From: Emiliania huxleyi CCMP1516
Lineage: Eukaryota
Reading direction: 5' to 3'
Assembly (NCBI RefSeq): GCF_000372725.1
Contig: NW_005202368.1
Coordinates: 154,045 to 218,044 of the forward strand
Length of the DNA stretch: 64,000 nt
This document shows, one piece after another, positions 59,974-64,000 of the stretch. Position numbers and translations under genes: made by a program. Every line of letters starts with the position of its first letter. Positions within the stretch are counted from its first letter, which is position 1. Below the pieces are notes generated by a model. That model saw only the letters and a program-made list of their open reading frames with translations. It ran no database searches and was not told the origin of the DNA.

Positions 59974-61224
59974 TCACTCCTCAAGCGCCCACGCCTCGAT
60001 CTTGGGCAGCAGCTGGTTCGACAGGTCCTCTCCGTGGCCGAGGCAGCCGTACTCGCCCTTGCCCCACGTAAAGACGGCGCCGTTGGCGGTGAGGGCCAGG
60101 CTGTGCTGGTAACCAGCCGACACAGCGACGACGCGCTGGCCAGCAAAGGCCTCGACCTTCTTCGGCAGCAGCTGTTTCTGCTGGTCGCCGTGGCCCAGCC
60201 GGCCAGAGTCTCCATCGCCCCAGCTCCAGAGGGCGCCCTTGGCGGCGAGGGCGAGGCTGGCAGCGGTGCCAGCCGACACAGCGACGACCCGCTGGCCGGC
60301 CAAAGCCTCGACCTTCTTGGGCAGCAGCTGGTTCTGCTCGTCGCCGTGGCCCAGCCGGCCAAAGAGTCCATTGCCCCAGCTCCAGACGGCGCCGTCGGCG
60401 GTGATGGCGAGGCTGTGCAGGGTTCCAGCCGACACGGCGATGGCGCGCCGATCAGCCAACGCCTCGACCTTCTTGGGCAGCAGCTTCCACTGCTCCTCAC
60501 CGTGGCCCAGACGGCCATCGCCTCCAGCGCCCCAGCTCCAGACGGCGCCGTCGGCGGTGAGGGCGAGGCTGTGGAAGGCTCCAGCCGACACAGCCGACGA
60601 CGCGCTGGCTGGCAAAGGCCTCGATCTTCTTCAGCAGCAGCTGGTCCTGCCTGTCGCCGTGGCCCGCAAGGACTCCATAGCCCTAGCTCCAGACAGCGCC
60701 GTCGGCGGCGAGGGCGAGGCTGTGGTGGGCTCCAGACGACACGCTCACGGCACGCTCGTCGTCCAGCGGGGGGGAGGGGAGGAGAGTCGTCGTGTTGAGC
60801 CGCGTCACGCCCTCGCCGTGACCGAGTAGCGCTGGATTCCACTCCGGCGCAGAGCCGCACGACGAGAGCCGCCCCTCGCCGTCGATAAAGACGCTGTGCT
60901 GAAGGCCCGCTGCCGCCCTCACCGGCGGGTTAGACTCGCACAGCAGCGCCGAATAGCACAGCCACCGCACGGCGCAGGTCTCGTCCTCGGGCTGCGCCGG
61001 CAGCTCGAAGCCGCGCTCTTGCGCCCACAAGCGGATGGCCTGCTCCGCGAGCGAGGCGTGAACGAGAAGCGAGACGGCCGCGACGCGAGCGATGTCGGCG
61101 GGGTCGCAGCGAGAGAGGGCGCGCACGAGGAGCTCCGTGGGGAGGTCGAGGAGGCGGGCGGGCGGCGGCGTGACTGGCGAGGGCGCGGCTGTGGCGGCGG
61201 AGGCGAGGCGGCCGCGGTGGACAT
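59974..61224 (-). pseudogene. F-box-like + RCC1-repeat protein, third, diverged and frameshifted copy
   Basis: Homologous to 49711-51147. The frame breaks near the N-terminus, at ~60685 and at ~60600. Confidence 0.8.
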
Positions 61225-62249
61225 ATACACATATGCCGGCTCTCTACGGCTCTACTGTGCTGCATGAATGCTTGCCCAGGTGTGAACAACACCTCGTGTC
61301 CACGGCGCCGAAGGCGCCTGTTGATGGGTCCAGGTGATAGCCATGGATGGGCAATGCATACGCCTAGTTGGACCTCAGATCGCCCGACCGCGTCCCGGTG
61401 CTCTGTGGTCGGATTTGTGACGCCGCCGCACCGCGCCGCGGCCGGGGGCCCTCCGGAGGCCAAGGATGGCCGTGGCGGACCGGGACGAGCTCTGGGAGGT
61501 AGAGTGTCAGTGTATATATTGTAGAGGCCAACCTTGTGCACAATATATCTCAGTCTAGCTAAGCCAGGGGAGGCGATACCGCGGCCGTACAGCAGCTTGA
61601 TGGTGCTTCGCCGGCGTGCGTCCCGGAGCGGTCCCGGTTGGGCGGTCCGAAGGAGAAAACTCAGGACAACGCCGACACCGCTCTGATTCGACTTTTTACT
61701 TCAAACAAAGACGGCGGCACGTGCCGCGCCGTGGCGCGTGCCGCGCGTGCATCGGAGAAGGGCAGTTCGTCGTGTTCACGCCGGGATGGTGTGTCCTGAG
61801 TAACCTGGGCAACCATTCAGGGCGACGAGTAGTCGCCGCCACGCCCACATGCCACAAAAGAACCCTGCACGAGCGGGGACCTGTTCCTTTTTACCATGCG
61901 TCTCAGAGTAGAGGTGTCCGCTTTATTTATTTATTTGCGCCAAGGCCCGGCGTCAGGGCCGGGGGGCAAATACAACCTCACCTCGGTCGGCCCCGCAAGG
62001 CCAAGCCCCTCACAGACGGGACAAATAAGCACGCGAACGGCTCTGACGCTGCGTGGAAGGGGCGTGGCGGCTCCCCCCCCCGCTCCGCGGCAACCGGAAT
62101 ATACAGCGGCCATCGGCTGGCTGCCGCCGAGCTGTGCCGCCGGGGTGCGAAGTCAGGGTGGCGCTGGTGAGTGAGCCCGTTTGTAGACCTCGTTCACGAC
62201 GTGCAGCTGCCGGAGGGCGAGGATGCCTGCCGAGTCAAAGGAGGGACTC

Positions 62250-63386
62250 AACGAGCATTAGCCGGCGAATGACGAGCCGCTGCCGGAGGGCGTGGGAATG
62301 CCGAGAATGGTCGGCAGCAGCGTGAGCCACACCCACCGCCCGCGCTGCAGCCGCAGCCAGCGCACGGTCAGCACGGCGCCGTAGGTGTTTGACGCGCTCA
62401 TCGCGAGCACGAAGAAAGCGCGTACCGCGTCGGAGCCTGTTCATTAATGCGGACTACAATTCGCCAGCTGCTTATTCGAGAGCGCGCGCTCCGCGTCGGA
62501 GCCAGGCAGCAGCATGGAGAGGTTTGAGCCGCCCGTCCCAAACTCAAGCACCTGCGGGGAGATCTGGGGAGATATGGGGAGATGTGGCGAGATGTGGCGA
62601 GAGATGGCGAGAGATGGCGGAGAGGTGGCGAGAGATGGCGGAGAGATGGCGGAGAAGGGCGAGAGCCGGGAGTACGGCGGAACGCGTCCTCTCGAGCGCT
62701 CGTCGGAACTCGAGAAAAAAGAATTCTACGCGCCGGCGCACCGCCTCGCCGGCAATGACAAGCTGCAGCCCCGGCCGCTGCGGCGAGAAGAAGACCCATC
62801 CGTGGAAGGCGAGGCAGACCTGTGTGCAGCGTAGTCAAGCCGTCGACTCACTCGTGTTTGGTACGACCCAACCGTGGAAGAGCTCAGGCAGACCTCGTGG
62901 TGGGCGAGGACGGGGAGATGTGGGGAGGTGTGGGGGGGTGCGGGGAGATGTGGGGAGGTGTGGGGCGATATGGGGAGATGTGGGGAGATGTGGGGAGTGA
63001 TGGGGAGATGTGGGGAGTAATGGGGGGATGTGGGGAGATATGGGGAGATGTGGGGAGATGTGGGGAGATGTGGGGAGATGTGGGGGAGATGTGGGGAGAT
63101 GTGGGGAGTAATGGGACGATGTGGGGAGATGTGGGGAGATGTGGGGAGGTGTGGGGAGGTGTGGGGAGGTGTGGGGAGATGTGGGGAGGTGTGGGGAGGT
63201 GTGGGGAGGTGTGGGGGAGGTGTGGGGAGGTGTGGGGAGGTGTGGGGAGGTGTGGGGGAGGTGTGGGGAGGTGTGGGGAGATGTGCACCACGTGGTGGGC
63301 GAGGACGTTGGTCTTCATCGGCACGAGGAGCAGGTCGAAGGTGAAGAAGAGGCCGAACACGTATCCGAACGCCCACTCCCATACCT
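62250..63386 (-). CDS. Multi-pass membrane protein, TLC (TRAM/LAG1/CLN8)-like; partial exon set
   Basis: Spliced exons read WEWAFGYVFGLFFTFDLLLV...NVLAHH-VCLAFHGWVFF...-VLEFGTGGSNL...-GSDAVRAFFVLAMSASN...WLTLLPTILG, with the DL...HH...E pattern. Both ends uncertain. Confidence 0.5.
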
Positions 63387-64000
63387 GTCGGTGCGACGAG
63401 CCCGCGGCTAGAGTTCACACGCAGAGAGAGTCGGGTCTCACCGCGTGCGTCCTCCGCGGACGCGGAAGACGCAATGCTGCTGCCCTCCCCACTGTCTAGT
63501 GTCCACTCTGACTGCCTCTGTGTGAGTACGCAGAGGTGAGAGGGGTGTGTCGCCCTTCTGAATGCCTCGATGATGCGGCAGACGGCGCCGCCGGCGAGGG
63601 CCGACTGTGCCCGCGGTGCGGTGTATGGCGTGGTGGATGGCTAGCGGCGACAGACAGGGTTGGCATGATCTTGTCAGCCACTGTGCTCGCTGCCTCTTCC
63701 TCGGCTGTTTGCTGGGACCGCCTGCCTGCCTCGCTGCTCCCCTTCTGAACGTCTCTCCGGTGTCTGTCGTCGAGACTGGCGAGCGGCTGGTCTCTGGTCT
63801 CTGGTCCGGGGCGGTGCGCGTGTGTGAGTACGCGGCGGGCAGGGGTGTGAAGACCGCCTCGTGCCATGTCCTCGGGGCACCGCGTGCGCACACGCAGATG
63901 CGGACGCAGGGAGGCTGTAGGACGGCGGAGAGTCGCGTACCCTCAGTGTCTCCGAGACCTCGCGAGCGGGCAGGGATTCACAGCAGGGCAGTGTGGGCTG

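Overview
GC-rich eukaryotic genomic DNA from a draft assembly (N-gaps at 46154-46253, 54166-54501, 55868-55967). Frequent GC-AG introns filled with 10-11 nt tandem repeats suggest a haptophyte such as Emiliania/Gephyrocapsa huxleyi (inference). Intron-rich genes: an ankyrin-repeat protein, ACP, importin-11, a PX-domain protein, a GT77-like nucleotide-diphospho-sugar transferase, an HD-domain hydrolase and a TLC-like membrane protein. These sit in a rearranged mosaic with intron-poor genes and fragments: a truncated fatty acyl-AMP ligase, a Tudor/coiled-coil/PARP-like protein, FAS1, SGNH and FkbM genes, an OPR-RAP protein, an HRDC protein, three F-box/RCC1 copies and a moaA fragment fused to a GT77 duplicate. 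Mobile and repeated DNA includes two TIR elements with clean TSDs, a young LTR element with CG...CG ends, CRE-like non-LTR fragments and a 177/178-bp dimeric satellite. The most notable signals are (1) many introns that begin with a copy of the following exon, a signature of intron birth by duplication or insertion; (2) an OPR-RAP protein with 14 near-identical 38-aa repeats that vary at a few positions, fused to a nuclease-like domain; and (3) the non-canonical LTR element. All calls were made by eye; no database search was run.
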